Origin: Octopus vulgaris
Taxonomy: Eukaryota
Length of the DNA: 64,000 nt
Direction: 5' to 3'
Assembly (NCBI GenBank): GCA_951406725.2
Contig: OX597823.1
Location: 46,438,001-46,502,000, forward strand
The notes under the pieces were generated by a model. The model had not been told where the DNA came from, made no database searches, and saw only the letters and a program-made list of their open reading frames with translations. Each line of letters opens with the position of its first letter. Within the stretch, counting starts at the first letter, position 1. A program made the position numbers and the translations under genes. Below, in pieces: positions 1 through 13,646 of this stretch.

Positions 1-123
1 ACAACGTGTACACAACGTAGTGCACATTTATATGTATGTGTGCAACCAAACAGAAAAGACCCATACACGCACATACGCGTACACACACACGCACACGTTC
101 ACACACATATGTACGCGGGAGTG

Positions 124-164
<41 letters not shown>

Positions 165-227
165 CATACATACATACATACATACATACATACATACATA
201 ATACATTCATACATATGTATACGGTGT

Positions 228-269
<42 letters not shown>

Positions 270-270
270 A

Positions 271-356
<86 letters not shown>

Positions 357-533
357 GTATATTGTATGAATATATGAATAAAAGTGTCTGCACATAACAA
401 CCTGTTTCTCTTAGGGGTCACAGGTCAGTTTTCAGCAAGGAAACCTAAGGTCAAATACATTCCAATCGCGACTATCTTGCCTTTCCTTTGTATAGCAAGG
501 ATTACCGTGCAGGTTAAGATAGAATGATTGCCA

Positions 534-596
<63 letters not shown>

Positions 597-756
597 CGTG
601 TCTATGTGGGGAAACAAAAGTGAGATTTCCGTAAATGTGGCAGAGTTCATATATATACGTTTAAATGCGATGACTCAGTCTGTCGCTGTCTTGACTGAGT
701 ATTTTTGGCGCCTGAAAGATTGCGCATAACTACCAAAATACTATCGCTCTCTTCTT

Positions 757-809
<53 letters not shown>

Positions 810-870
810 TGCGCACACACACACACTCTCTCTCTCTCTCTCTCACACACACACATACACATACACAAAC
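1..870. repeat. Compound microsatellite field (TA)n/(TACA)n/(TG)n/(CA)n/(TC)n, representative of dozens of such tracts in the window
   Basis: Direct inspection. Similar tracts at 12.2-13.6, 15.3-15.9, 24.3-24.9, 46.7-47.2, 48.2-48.9 and 57.3-57.5 kb explain the YIYI/HTHT/MYVC ORFs. Confidence 0.98.
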
Positions 871-884
871 ATTTTTATTCTCGT

Positions 885-1280
885 TTCACTCATGCTGGAG
901 TACCGCCTTAAAGGGTTTTCGTTGAAGAAATGGATCCCAGGACTTATACTTTGAAAGCTAAGTGCTTATTCTATCATTCTCCTTTGCCGAACTGCGAAGT
1001 TAAAGGAACGTAAACTCATCAGGATCGGTTGTCAAACAATGAAGTGGGAGTAAACACACACACACACACATGCACGCGCGCACACATATATAATTATACA
1101 TACATACATATATATATATATTTATATATATATATATACATATATATATATACATACATACGACGGGCTTCTTTCAGTTTCCATTCAGGAGGCAAAAGTA
1201 AAAGACAGTTGGCTAAGGTGCCAAGCAATGGGACTGAGCTCGGAACCATGTAATTGAGAAGCACAAGCCAAGCCTGCGAA
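885..1280 (-). mobile_element. tRNA-derived SINE family B (CORE-like, internal microsatellite), degenerate copy
   Basis: Reverse complement matches the family-B copies at 11400 and 54233 (…ctgaaagaagcccgtcgta…, ctccagcatg). Confidence 0.75.
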
Positions 1281-1284
1281 TATG

Positions 1285-2010
1285 TATGTAGCATGATCAA
1301 TAAGTATCCGGACTGCTGCCATAGTAACGAAGAGTGAAGCCGCTTGGCATTGATTGACCTTGAAATCTCCTGTGCTCGCGCACTAAGTTTTACCGTTTTA
1401 GCTTACTTCCTTTATTTACAGCAGTGCTTGGAAGGAAGGTGTGTAATGTGTGATCGTCGTATTGACCATGACAAAAAAAAAGGTCAGCAGAGAATCTGCA
1501 TCAAATTTTGCCAAAAACTTGACGTTACCTGCTTTGAGGCCTACGCAAAGTTTTCGAAAAGTTTTCATCGTTCTCAACACAATCAAGATCTTGTGCAACT
1601 GAGGCCCGAGTGTCTTTTATGTCAGCTGAAAGCTGTTTCGGCACAAACTTGTCAAACACTCTTCTCATACCTACATCTTCAGTGGTAATCGTAACTAATC
1701 TGCACATCCTTTGATAACACACAGATGGTGATTCGACGATATCCCTTCACAGCTGAACGCATATCTGCGAGGTTTTTCTCAGTTCTTCTGGTTGTGGGTC
1801 TCCCAGAACGTTCGTCAATATCGACATTTTTCGGCCATCTTGGAAACGTCTGAACCACTCGTACACTTGTGTGCGGCTCATACACTCCTCTCCATACACT
1901 TTCTGCAACTTTGCGTAGGCCTCTGAGCAGTTATCGCCATGACAACATTCTCTGTCATGGTGAATGCGACGATCACACGCTACACACCTTCCTTCCAAGC
2001 ACTGCTGTAA
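1285..2010. mobile_element. Mariner-derived fold-back remnant made of two oppositely oriented transposase 5' ends
   Basis: TIR-like gatcaataagtatccggact at ~1295. Plus strand QQRICIKFCQKL; minus strand LQKVYGEECMSRTQVYEWFRRFQDGR…DERSGRP…KFVPKQL (mariner HTH and WVP-linker region). 58-bp inverted repeat 1416-1473/1953-2010. Confidence 0.85.
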
Positions 2011-2116
2011 CACCTATTGATCAAACCTGGTGTATATATATATATATATGGTAAGATGGTAACAGACAGACAGACAGGCAGAAATTGCCTTTTATATATA
2101 AGATATATGCATTATA

Positions 2117-2287
2117 TCGGTTTCAAATTTTGTCACAAAGCTAGCAATTTCTAGGGAGCGGATAAGTCGATTATATCGACCGCAGTGCTCAACTAATACT
2201 TATTTTATCGAACCCGAAAGAATGAAAGTCGACCTTCGTGGAATATGAGCTGAGAACGTGAAGACGGATGAAATGTCGCTAAGCACT
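2117..2287 (-). mobile_element. SINE family A, degenerate copy
   Basis: ttatcgaacccgaaagaatgaaagtcgacc matches the family-A core. Confidence 0.75.
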
Positions 2288-2515
2288 TATCTTTTCATTG
2301 CACATAAGTTTCAAAGTCTGCAGTAGCATTTTCTCTTAACAGCCGAAGTAGATTTCTGTATTAGAACCTAATATCTAGTTTGCCTCCTTTCAGATTAGAA
2401 GTTTTAGTGTTTAATCGTTTCCAAAATACCGTAAATTAGTCTACCTTAAAAAAATAGATATTGTGGATATTTTCGTCCTTGGATAAGAACCTTCAATTGT
2501 TTCTGGAGCCTCTGA

Positions 2516-2717
2516 TGTAACGTTGGTTCTATACTTTATTTCATTTCATTTGCCATAAAGGCAGTACAAAGATGGGTAGCTAAGACATTGCTGAGGCGAA
2601 TGATAATAATACAAGATGAAAAGGATGGGAGAAGACAGAAAGCGTCCGCCGACCCTCTGCTTCTCTATAACATTGTTCTTTTAATAAAACACATATTGAG
2701 GTAATAACCTTCTTACA
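2516..2717 (+). mobile_element. Possible solo-LTR remnant
   Basis: TGTAA…TTACA termini and AATAAA near the 3' end; both ends partly repeated at 2777-2828; no TSD seen. Confidence 0.3.
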
Positions 2718-3283
2718 ATTTACAATGTTTTACAATTTCTTTGGACTAAGAAGTCCATTACAATTTAAGATATAAGACACATATTGAGGCGATAAACCTC
2801 TTACCTCACGAACGTTGGTTCTATACTTGCTGATTCACTTGTCTTCTGGAGAGCTAAGGTTCGTGTTTTGAACTTTCAAGCCAGCTACAGGAAGAAATAT
2901 GTTTCTGTGACTTCTTCATATTCTTCTTCTTTTAATTGCTTAAACAAACTTAACGATTCCTATGATAAATGGCTTGGGTGCATGGTGAGTGATAGTGTGT
3001 CATATCGTCCCCTCAAACCGGGCACATTTCTACATTTCCCTGATGTCACTTGTTTGGTATGAGATTTTTGTTTGTTTGTCTAAAGTTGTCTATGTAGATA
3101 CTTATGATATTCTAATAAATTTTCTTCTCATTCTATTCTTAATTTTGTACCAAATGTAATTGTTTTGCTCTTGCATGACGTCATGGGATAACAAAATAAA
3201 TGAACTGATTTTTGAAATATTATTGTTAACTAAAAATAACGAAATAGCTTCACAATTTGTACAATGAAGTACAATAAAATGTG

Positions 3284-3588
3284 TGGAGGCATATGGTCTA
3301 GTGTTTAGAGCAGCGGACTCGCGGTCGAAGGATCGTGGGCTCGAATCTCAGACCGGGCGATGTGTGTATTTATAAGCGAAACACCTTTGCTCCATGCGGC
3401 TCCGGCAGAAGGCAATGGCGAACTTCTGCTGACTTTTTCGCCACAACTTTCTCTCACGCTTTCCTCCTGCATCTAGCAGCTCACCTGTGACGGACTGGCG
3501 TTCCGTCTAGGTGGTGGGGAACCTATAGGCAATGAAACCGGTCCTTACGAGCCAGGCATGGCTCGAGAAGGAACAAACAACAACAAAA
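3284..3588 (+). mobile_element. tRNA-derived SINE family D
   Basis: A-box-like tggtctagtgtt, B-box-like gctcgaatctc, gacggactggcgttccgtc segment and (AAC)-rich tail. Related copy at 45842-46114 (-). Confidence 0.8.
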
Positions 3589-4239
3589 TACTTCAGCACG
3601 ACAATGCAAACCAATTGTGACTGATTCATATAGCAAAAAGATGATTCTTTTGTAAAGGTGTCCTGAAGAATTCTAAACCAAAATTTTCAATAAATATAGC
3701 AATTTGTGATAATTATATCGGTGTTCTAAGTGGCTTTCTATTGTTTTACATTTTAATTCTCTTGAAAACTTTGAAAACACATTTTGAGATGAGCCTGAAG
3801 CAAAAGTAATCAGGATTGCCTAGGATATCCGGAGAATCCGGAGAACTAGAGTTACAGTAGCCAAACACACATTTCTAAATATCTACATTGTTTATCTGGG
3901 TAAACGAAAGTTGTATGTTCTTAGCCGGATATAAGAGACTATCAGTCTATGAAGGTATTTGAATAAGTGGGCGCGTTTGAATTAGATTGTTGTTATTGAC
4001 ACCGCTGCAACAATGAATGTACACACACACACACACACAATATTAGTATATTCCGATGTTAATTTGTGTACCCGTATGTATGTTTATTTCGTATGTATAT
4101 CTCAGTGTTTAATTTTACTTCCTTATAAAATATACTTAATTGGTGTCTCCCAACAAATTGGTGTCTCCCAAGTGGCGAATATTTATTCTAAATCAAATCT
4201 AAATGTTTTGTTTGTTAGTTATTGATCTCTCTCTCTCTA

Positions 4240-4279
<40 letters not shown>

Positions 4280-4345
4280 TCTCTATCTCACTCAATAACT
4301 CACTCTTTTACTCTTTGTTGCATACATACATACATACATATATAT

Positions 4346-4375
<30 letters not shown>

Positions 4376-4376
<1 letters not shown>

Positions 4377-4604
4377 ATTCTTTATTGCCCACAAGGGGCT
4401 AAACAGAGGGGACAAAAAAATGACAGACAAAGAGACTAAATCGATTACATCGACCCCAGTGCGTAACTGGTACTTATTTAATCGACTCCGAAAGGATGAA
4501 AGGCAAAGTCGACCTCGGCGGAGTTTGAACTCAGAACGTAGCGGCAGACGAAATAACGTTAAGCATTTCGCCCGACGTGCTAACGTTTCTGCCAGCTCGC
4601 CGCC

Positions 4605-4605
<1 letters not shown>
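4376..4605 (-). mobile_element. SINE family A (tRNA-like head; central cctttcatcctttcggggtcgat…aagtacc domain recalled as Meta-SINE-like), full-length
   Basis: High identity to more than 20 other copies in the window; head ggcggcgagctggcagaaacgttagc, B-box gagttcaaa. Confidence 0.9.
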
Positions 4606-4654
<49 letters not shown>

Positions 4655-4699
4655 GATATATACATAATATATATATATATATATATTACACAAAAAATT

Positions 4700-5290
4700 A
4701 CATCAGTCAGTACCTAACAGTGAAAGACGACATAAAAGAGTTTACTACAATCTCCAAGTATAAATTAAATAAACCCAGCAATGGTGGAAATATGACTAAT
4801 TGGCAAGCAGAAAAAATGCAAGGAAAAATTAATTAGAATATTAGGAAAGCATTTAGTCTCCAACAGTGGAACAATAGCAACACATTAATTAGCAGATTGA
4901 ATAATATGAATTGTAACACGACTCTGGTACATACAATTTGTCATTGTCCGAACAGGCGACACACACATTCTATACATATAACAGCGCCAAACTTTGCTAT
5001 ACGATATAACGTTAGAGATGATATAGACTTAGATATAGTCATTCACGCTACGAAGACTCTAGGCAAAAGCTGTCTGGCTTAATAGACACAGTAAATATCA
5101 ATATGTGGTCGTACGCAGGCAAATGTACTATATTATCTCATTGTTGAACGTTAAAAAGTATTGTACCCCCATTTCGGCATCTATAGAGATGATGGATTGG
5201 TCATTAGACCACACACAACTTCACCCGCAGTAGAGAGGTTTAATAAAGTTCACATTTCGTGGATGTCAGTCTTTACAACAATTCCGTTCT
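4700..5290 (+). mobile_element. Penelope-like (PLE) reverse transcriptase remnant
   Basis: FGIYRDDGL at ~5173-5199 (PLE RT YRDD motif) and DLDIVIHATKTL upstream; many stops. Confidence 0.65.
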
Positions 5291-7268
5291 GAAAAGCCTC
5301 GTTAATGAATTGTATACGGAAGGCAAAGATTCATATTATATATTTTATTTCAAAGGGTTTTATCTTTTTTCCACTTTCAGCATCCCTGAAATGCAGCGCA
5401 AATTAATGTTACGCCTAAAAGTTGTACACATGTAAGCATATTCCCCACAGATATGTATATATATCGAGGAGAGTACAGAGATAAACAGAGCAGTAAATAT
5501 TTCAGAGATTATAAATAAATAAATCATGAAAAATTTTCGGAGGTGGTTAAGAGGGATAGTCATGGAAAGGAGATATGGGAGAGATAGTGAAGATGGAGAG
5601 AGAGAGAGATAGAGAGTAGGAGTGAAAGGTTAAAATAAAGAGTACCATATTGGTTTGTTCAGAGAGTAGGTTTGCTAAAAACAGTGAGTTGCAGGTAAAT
5701 GTCAGACTGGTCAGTGAGAGGAAAATACTAAAATAGCGACTGTGCGAAGTCGTCGTAGCCGTTCTTGTCATTATTTAGCTCCAAGCTATTCTGAATGAGT
5801 ACACCAAGTACCAACATTGTATTTTCTCCTCAGAAAATTATCCTCCCATCACGACACACACAAACAAAAGAAAAAAAAAATCTCAGTTATGGCCTTTCTC
5901 TTGGAAGAAGGATTTAAAGATTTGGCCATTCTTTCTAGCAGTTCGTGTGACAACGCAGAGGTTACCTGGCTCATTCGTGGATAGCGTGGATAGGGAAGAT
6001 GTCAAATAATGGTGAGAATATTAATACTGTCAGTGTTTGTTTATGTAGGTGAGTGGGAAGAGAAAATAATTAGAGTGCGTAATGATAGTAAATTTGGAAG
6101 AGAGGTTTGCAATATTTCACTGGAAAAGGTGGTTAAAATAAATTTTGATCGGAAGAAATGATCAGTATGAGATTACGGTTACTATGATCAAAGGGAGAAA
6201 GTGACCAAATGTTAAGAGGAGGTAAGAGTGGCTAAATGGGTAAGTAGTTAACGGGGAACTTCCCGGGTGACGCTTTTGTGGAGCAGCACTTTCGAATCTG
6301 CTATATAAGCCTGTATAGTCTCTGAGGACCTGGGAGGAAGGGTGGCAAAATCAAGGGCTGTCTTGAGCAACGTACACACTCTTACTATATCACTTAAAGT
6401 GGGATAGGAATAGTTAAACTATGTAAAAAAAATTAAAAAAATGGCGAAAGTGATAAATATAGTGACGGTGATGTAGGAGTGGGGAAAATGAGAAGCAGAG
6501 GTGGGACTGTGATAATAGGTGTTTAAAAGAAACGGAACAAAAGGAGGATGTATTACAACAATGATAACAACTGTAATGAATATATTATAAATATTAAATA
6601 TTTTTTTGAAAAATGTATTTATGTTATATGAGGTCAACACATCACTTGTACAGTGCTGCAACAACCGTCACTGCAGCAACTATATAAATAGAAAATGAAG
6701 AGTCATAGCAGCAACATAGCCAACGTCTCAAACTACTTCAGCTGTACTGTCTACCAGCACTATTATCAGTGAACAAGGAAGCCTTTATGCAGGTCACTTG
6801 ATCTGCTAGATATAGCATTCGAATCGCCTTCGTGCTACATGGTACTGTCATAGAAAATGGAAAACGACACGATTTATTTTATAATGCTTTCTATATATCA
6901 CAGGGTTTGAAATGAAGAAAAACAGAAAACGGGGGAAAAGAAGGTATCATAAAGCCTGAACTGAGTTTGATCGTAATTATGCTGGATCATGTGAAACCTG
7001 CAGCTAAAGAACAATAACAACTACTATTATGGTAAATATTCGTCCACAGTTTTAAAGGATGGTGGAGTTGTAGCAGAGACGCATGAATGTTAAATGTGGT
7101 CCGGCCAAAATACACAAAGTAAAAGTTTCAGTGTTTAATTCTTTTGTAAGTAAAATAATCGAAAGAAAAAGAGAAAGCAATGGAAGCATGAAGGGAATAA
7201 AACTTAGAATAAGGGAACTGGATTGTCGAATTACGGGCTTAGACATACTATGGCTGTTATTCTTAAAG

Positions 7269-7591
7269 CAGGATTCCTCAACCGGGGTCCATATAAAATT
7301 TTAGAGGGTCCACGCGACTAAATAGTACATTGAGGGTCTACAATACTCTATTAAGGGTTCTTGAAAAAAATTATGATTGAGATGGCAGTAGTCGTGTTTA
7401 TTGCAAGAAATGGCGAGGTTTCTTTCTCTATGATTTTACATAAATTCAACCTACACAAGTTAATGTGTGAAAAACAAAGTAGGAATAGTTTCTATAAAAG
7501 TAGTTGTTAAACATCGAATAGCTATAGGGGTTCATCAGAATATAATTGTAATCGAAAGGATCCATAGATAAAAAATTGTTGAGAACCCCTG
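7269..7591. mobile_element. hAT-like MITE
   Basis: TIRs caggattcctcaac / gttgagaacccctg with a degenerate ~8-bp TSD. Second copy at 10613-11269. Confidence 0.7.
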
Positions 7592-7816
7592 TCCTTGAAG
7601 GAATAAAAGAGACACTCATATACTGTATAACTTAGTCGTACTCTGTGTGATTCTTCTTAATTCTTCAAGATCTTTCCTTCTTTCATCTCCAATTTTTAAT
7701 ACAATATAACAATGTTGTATAAATATAGCTCACTTCTTGCAAAAAAAAAAAAGCCACACTCTCTCCCGTCTTCCACACTCACTCATTTTCTACTGAAGGA
7801 TTGTGCAGTAAATATT

Positions 7817-8625
7817 CTTTTCTATTCTTGGCACAAGGCCCGAAATTTTGGGGTAGGGGACCAGTCGATTATATCGACTCTAGTACGCAACTAGTACCTA
7901 ATTTATCGACCCCGAAAGTATGAAAGGCAAAGTTGATCTCGGCGGAATTTGAACTCAGAACGTAAAGACAGACGAAATACCTATTTCTATTTTTTTACTA
8001 TCCACAAGGAGCTAAACACAGAGGGGACAAACAAGGACAGACAAACGGATTAAGTCGATTATATCGACCCCAGTGCGTAACTGGTACTTCATTTATCGAC
8101 CCCGAAAGGATGAAAGGCAAAGTCGACCTCGGCGGAATTTGAACTCAGAACGTAACGGCATACGAAATACCGCAAAGCATTTCGCCCGGCGTGCTAACAT
8201 TTATTTTCTACTCTAGGTACAAGGTCCGAAATTTTGGGGGAGGAAGCCAGTCGATTAGATCGACCAAGTACGCAACTGGTATCTAACTTATCGACCCCGA
8301 AAGGAGGAAAAGTAAAGTCGACCTCGGCGGAATTTGATCTCAGAACGTAAAGACAGACGAAACCCCGCTAAGCATTTCACCCGGCATGCTAGCGTTTCTT
8401 ATTTCTTTATTGCCCACAAGGGGCTAAACATAGAGGGGACAAACAAGGACAGACAAAGGGATTAAGTCGATTACATCGACCCCAGTGCGTAACTGGTACT
8501 TCATTTATCGACCCCGAAAGGCAAAGTCGACCTCGGCGGTATTTGAACACAGAACGTAAAGACAGACGAAAGACCGCGAAGCAGTTCGCCCGGCGTGCTA
8601 ACGTTTCTGCCAGCTCGCCGCCTTG
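7817..8625 (-). mobile_element. SINE family A tetramer (alternating two tail types)
   Basis: Four head-to-tail units bracketed by one 16-bp TSD ttgtgcagtaaatatt (7801-7816 / 8626-8641). Confidence 0.92.
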
Positions 8626-8893
8626 TTGTGCAGTAAATATTACATCACAATAAGTTGCTTCTTGTACAAATAATGTTATTTAATTTACTCTTGTCAACAT
8701 TAGTACTGATAATTCTAGTGACTTATTCTTGATATTTTTTTGGTCATGTTTGAAGAGAGAACAATTTTATTTGCAGCTCATGGTTTCTCTACAATCAGAG
8801 ATGGAGGTGAGGAATATGCTCCAATACACAGTTTAATTTGAACAACAGAATGTTTCTTAATTATTAGAATATGTAAGAATATGGAAACTTATT

Positions 8894-9453
8894 CTTTTCT
8901 CTTCGAGGCACAAGGCCCGAAATTTTGGGGAAGGGGACCAGTCGATTAGATCGATCCCAGTACGTAACTGGTACTTAATTTATTGACCCTGAAAGGATGA
9001 AAGGTAAAGTCGACCTCGGCGTAAAGACAAGAAATACCTATTTCTTTACTACCCACAAGGGGCTAAACACAGAGGACAAACAAGGACAGATAAATGGATT
9101 AAGTCGATTATATCGACCCCAGTGCATAACTGGTACTTATTTAATCGACCCCGAAAGGATGAAAGGCAAAGTCGACCTCGGCGGAATTTGAACTCAGAGC
9201 GTAGCGGCAGACGAAATACCTATTTCTTTATTACCCACAAGGGGCTAAACACAGAGAGGAGGAACAAGGACAGACAAACAGATTAAATCGATTATATCGA
9301 CCCCAGTGCTTAACTGGTACTTGTTTAATCGACCCCGAAAGGATGAAAGGCAAAGTCGACCTCGGCGGAATTTGAACTCAGAGCGTAGCGGCAGACGAAA
9401 TACCGCAAAGCATTTCGCCCGGCGTGCTAACATTTCTGCCAGCTCGCCGCCCT
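8894..9453 (-). mobile_element. SINE family A trimer
   Basis: Three units bracketed by TSD aatatggaaacttatt (8878-8893 / 9454-9469). Confidence 0.92.
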
Positions 9454-10612
9454 AATATGGAAACTTATTAAGAAATTGAACACTCTTATTGAAATAAAGG
9501 ATGGTATTTATGAATGCTGCAGGTTTTAAGAAATAACAGGATAGGGGAAAAAAAGGATGGAAATAAGATGCTGATAAATCCAGATAGTCAGGTACAATCG
9601 GCAGCTTCTAAAAACCTCATTCAAATGAAAATTTTGTACTATTTGATTTTCTATCCGAAGAAACCTTGATAAGTGATATCTTACATGCTTCTCTTACATG
9701 TACAATTTTGTAACTCCTGTTAGATAGCAATTGAAACATATGTAATGGTGAATAACTTATGCAAAATCCATTGTTTATATGTGTGTGTGTGTGCATATGT
9801 GTGTGTGTCTATGTATGCGCACAAACGCACACTCACACACACACACACACACACACACAGTTATCTTTCGCAAGTGTTAACTGCTAAATATTTAAACATA
9901 GCAAAGAAAACAAAAAAGGCGTTCTTTTCAACAGACAGAAGTCCCTTGAGATGTTTGTTCTGCGTCGATTTACAGACGCTGTGTTGTTTATCCTTCTGTC
10001 AGAGATACAATGAACAACAGAATGGCTTGCTTGCAGCATGTGAGCAACGGTGCTGTCGCTCAACAATTGCAGTAAACAAACAAACAAACAAACAAATAAA
10101 CAAATAAACAAACAAATAAATAAATAAATAAATAAATAAATAAATGAATAAATAAATAAATATAAAGGCCACAAAATTCAGGTCGGCTCTGGGTGATTGT
10201 GATTGTGAATGGAATGGTAAAGTCGATTTATCTACCCTAGTTGTTGACCGGAGAAATGACAGCCAAAGTTGGTGTTATCAGTATTTGAACCCATTATGCA
10301 GGGTCTCGCACGATATAGAATAGCAGAAGGAGATTTCTGACTCAGATCTTCGAAGGAGAGATTATTCGATTAAACCCATTTTCCTGTTCTTAAGGTTGAA
10401 TTTCACCGACACTGGCTTTTGACCTGGAAAAGATTTCAGCAAACATTACAGAGCAAAGACACTGAATATTTCATTTTAATGAATTTGTTCCATTTCCAGT
10501 TTAAATTTTTGTTCAGCCAATGCAAATATTTCTCAGCGTCTTAGAAATAACAGTCAGATTTGCCTCAAATCATACTTATTCCATGTTATATGACGAATTA
10601 GAAAATGTAGAC

Positions 10613-11269
10613 CTGTGGATTTCAACCGGGGTCCATATGACACTTGGAGTCTATACGAAATTTTGTTGTTAAAATTTCTGTGCAATAAATTAGTTTTTCA
10701 TTCTACAATATACAAAATATTTAGGCGTAGGAGTGGCTGTAAGTAGCTTGCTTACGAACCACATGGTTTCGAGTTCAGTCCCACTGCGTGTTACCTTGGG
10801 CAGGTGTCTTCTACTACAGCCTCGGGCCGACCAAAGCCTTGTGGGTGGATTTGGTTGAGGGAAACTGAAAGAGGCCCGTCGTATATATGCATGTGTGTGT
10901 GTGTTGTGTGTGTTTGTGTGTCTGTTTGTCCCTCCAACATCGCTTGACAACCGATGCTGGTGTGTTTACGTCCCCGTAACATAGCGGTTCGGTAAAAGAG
11001 ACCGATATAATAAGTACTAGGCTTACAACGAATAAGTCGTGGGGTCGATTTGCTCGACTAAAGGCAGTGCTCCAGCATGGCCACAGTCAAATGACTGAAA
11101 CAATTAAAAGAGTAAAAGAATATTTTTATATATATATATATATAAATTTCTAATAATATTTAATTATAAAAATAGGATTTTTTGAACATCGAATGACTAT
11201 GGGAGTCCAGTCAAATAAGATATGAATCAAAGGGTTACAAAGGTTAAACATATTGGTTGAGAACCACTG
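10613..11269. mobile_element. hAT-like MITE interrupted by a family-B SINE (10723-11120, +)
   Basis: Ends ctgtggatttcaaccggggtcc / ggttgagaaccactg; atgtagac/acggagac degenerate TSD; nested SINE B. Confidence 0.75.
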
Positions 11270-11399
11270 ACGGAGACCTAAATACACTAATGGTGCTGAA
11301 AGGGTTACGACAAGAAAACATTTAGTTATGGGTCTGCTCGCTCAAGACTGACCCTGTGTTAAACAACAACAAGAAATTTTGAACTAAAATGGTAACATA

Positions 11400-11564
11400 G
11401 GCGCAGGAGTGACTGTGTGGTAAATAGCTTGTTTACCAACCACATGGTTCCGGGTTCAGTCCCACTGCGTGGCATGTTGGGCAAGTGTCTTCTGCTATAG
11501 CCCCGGGCCGACCAAAGCCTTGTGAGTGGATTTGGTAGACGGAAACTGAAAGAAGCCTGTCGTA

Positions 11565-11610
<46 letters not shown>

Positions 11611-11800
11611 GGGGTTATGTGTCTGTGTTTGCCCCCTAGCATTGCTTGACAACCGATGCTGGTGTGTTTACGTCCCCGTAACTTAGCGGTTCGGCAAAAG
11701 AGACCGATAGAATAAGTACTGGGCCTACAAAGGCGGTGCTCCAGCATGGCCGCAGTCAAATGACTGAAACAAGTAAAAGAGTAAAGAGTAAAGAGTAAAA
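11400..11800 (+). mobile_element. SINE family B, full-length
   Basis: A box tgactgtgtggt, B box ggttcagtccc, CORE-like ttgggcaagtgtctt, internal (TA)/(TG) tract, (AAAGAGT)n tail. Confidence 0.9.
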
Positions 11801-12259
11801 GAGAGAGTACAGATATTTTCATTAAAACACTTTTGGGGGACACTTTAAGATAAAGTACCGTAAAAGCGAGAGTAAGAGCGAACCGAAGGGGAAGAGAGAG
11901 AGGGGAGCAGGGAAAATTGGTGTAGGAGAAGAAGGCATGAAAATATAAAATAACGGAAGGAAGTATATGATACGGTCGACATCTCCGTCAGACGACATCA
12001 ACCAGCAGCGTAAAGCTGTCTTGCAAATACAGACTAGACTACAATAACGAAGCAGTGAGTGTCGCCTGAACGGAGAAGGAGGAGGACTGGATAATGAAGA
12101 TGGGGGGGGGGGGGGAAGAGTTTGTTTATGCTTGTGTTCATGATGTGGCGGAGGGAGATAGGATGGGGTATGGGATATGTGAACGTGTGTACGTGTGTAC
12201 GTGTGTACGTGTGTATACGTTGTATGTGTGTGCGTCTGTGCATTTGTGTTATCGCACGC

Positions 12260-12294
<35 letters not shown>

Positions 12295-12661
12295 TTTGTC
12301 GACAGCATTCACTGATTGCAAAGGCTAGTTTAAAGGAAAACTGTGACTATTATACGTTGAGATTTACACACACACGCACGCACGCACACATACACACACG
12401 CACACTCTCTCTCACACACACACACACGCACATACGCACGCACACGCATTACACAAACTACTGACAGCACAAGAATTAGAGAAAGTGGGAGAAAGAGAGG
12501 TGAAAGAAACTAAGGAATCGGTGAGACACGCAGAAAATTGAGGTTTAGATATATATATCTATATGAATAGCGTCCTTTTTTTATACATACATATATGCAT
12601 ACATGCATAGAGTAACACACACAAAACCATACAAAGACACATATACGCACACATACATACC

Positions 12662-12730
<69 letters not shown>

Positions 12731-13261
12731 TTGTGTGTGTAACAGTATATTTATGCATGGACACGTCATTGTGTGTGTGTGCATGCGTGTTTGCATATGT
12801 GTGTGTGTGTGTGTGCGTGTGTGCGTGTGTGTGCGCGCGCGCATCTGTCTCTGTTTCTGTGTGTGAAGATGAAAAGTTCGCTTCGAAAAGGTGAGGATTA
12901 GTGTTCGGACACAACAGATTTAGTCTGCGGTCGAATAATGCCTTATAAGCGAAATTTTAACTGTGGAAGTCGACGGAGGTGCGTCATACTTAGATACATA
13001 CATACATACATACATACATACATACATACATACATACATACATACATACATACATACATAGAGACATACATACATACAAACATACATACATACATACATA
13101 CATACATGCATACATACATATATACATACATACATATATACATACATACATACATACATACATACATACATACATACATAGAGACACAGGCACACATACG
13201 TGAATGGAAATCATAACTGGTTGGACATTCGAGCACCCTTCTTTCGTTTGTCCACTCGCTC

Positions 13262-13312
<51 letters not shown>

Positions 13313-13316
13313 TATG

Positions 13317-13364
<48 letters not shown>

Positions 13365-13525
13365 TGTATGTATGTATGTATAAATTTGTATAAATAAGGG
13401 TAGGATCGATATTTAAATACCGATCTTATCAGGTGGCCAGCATGGGAATAAAAACCTTTCAAAGGTAATAATTATCCAGAAATTTTTTACTAGTTTATTT
13501 TGTCTCTTTTTCATATATATATATA

Positions 13526-13597
<72 letters not shown>

Positions 13598-13607
13598 ATA
13601 TATATAT

Positions 13608-13642
<35 letters not shown>

Positions 13643-13646
<4 letters not shown>

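Noticed and set aside
3284-3360. tRNA-like sequences (also 13643, 45369, 63943)
   Set aside because: They continue into SINE bodies and lack a complete cloverleaf; SINE heads, not tRNA genes.
7817-9453. Regularly spaced repeats resembling a CRISPR array
   Set aside because: Units are ~180-230-bp SINEs with no unique spacers; eukaryotic context, no cas genes.
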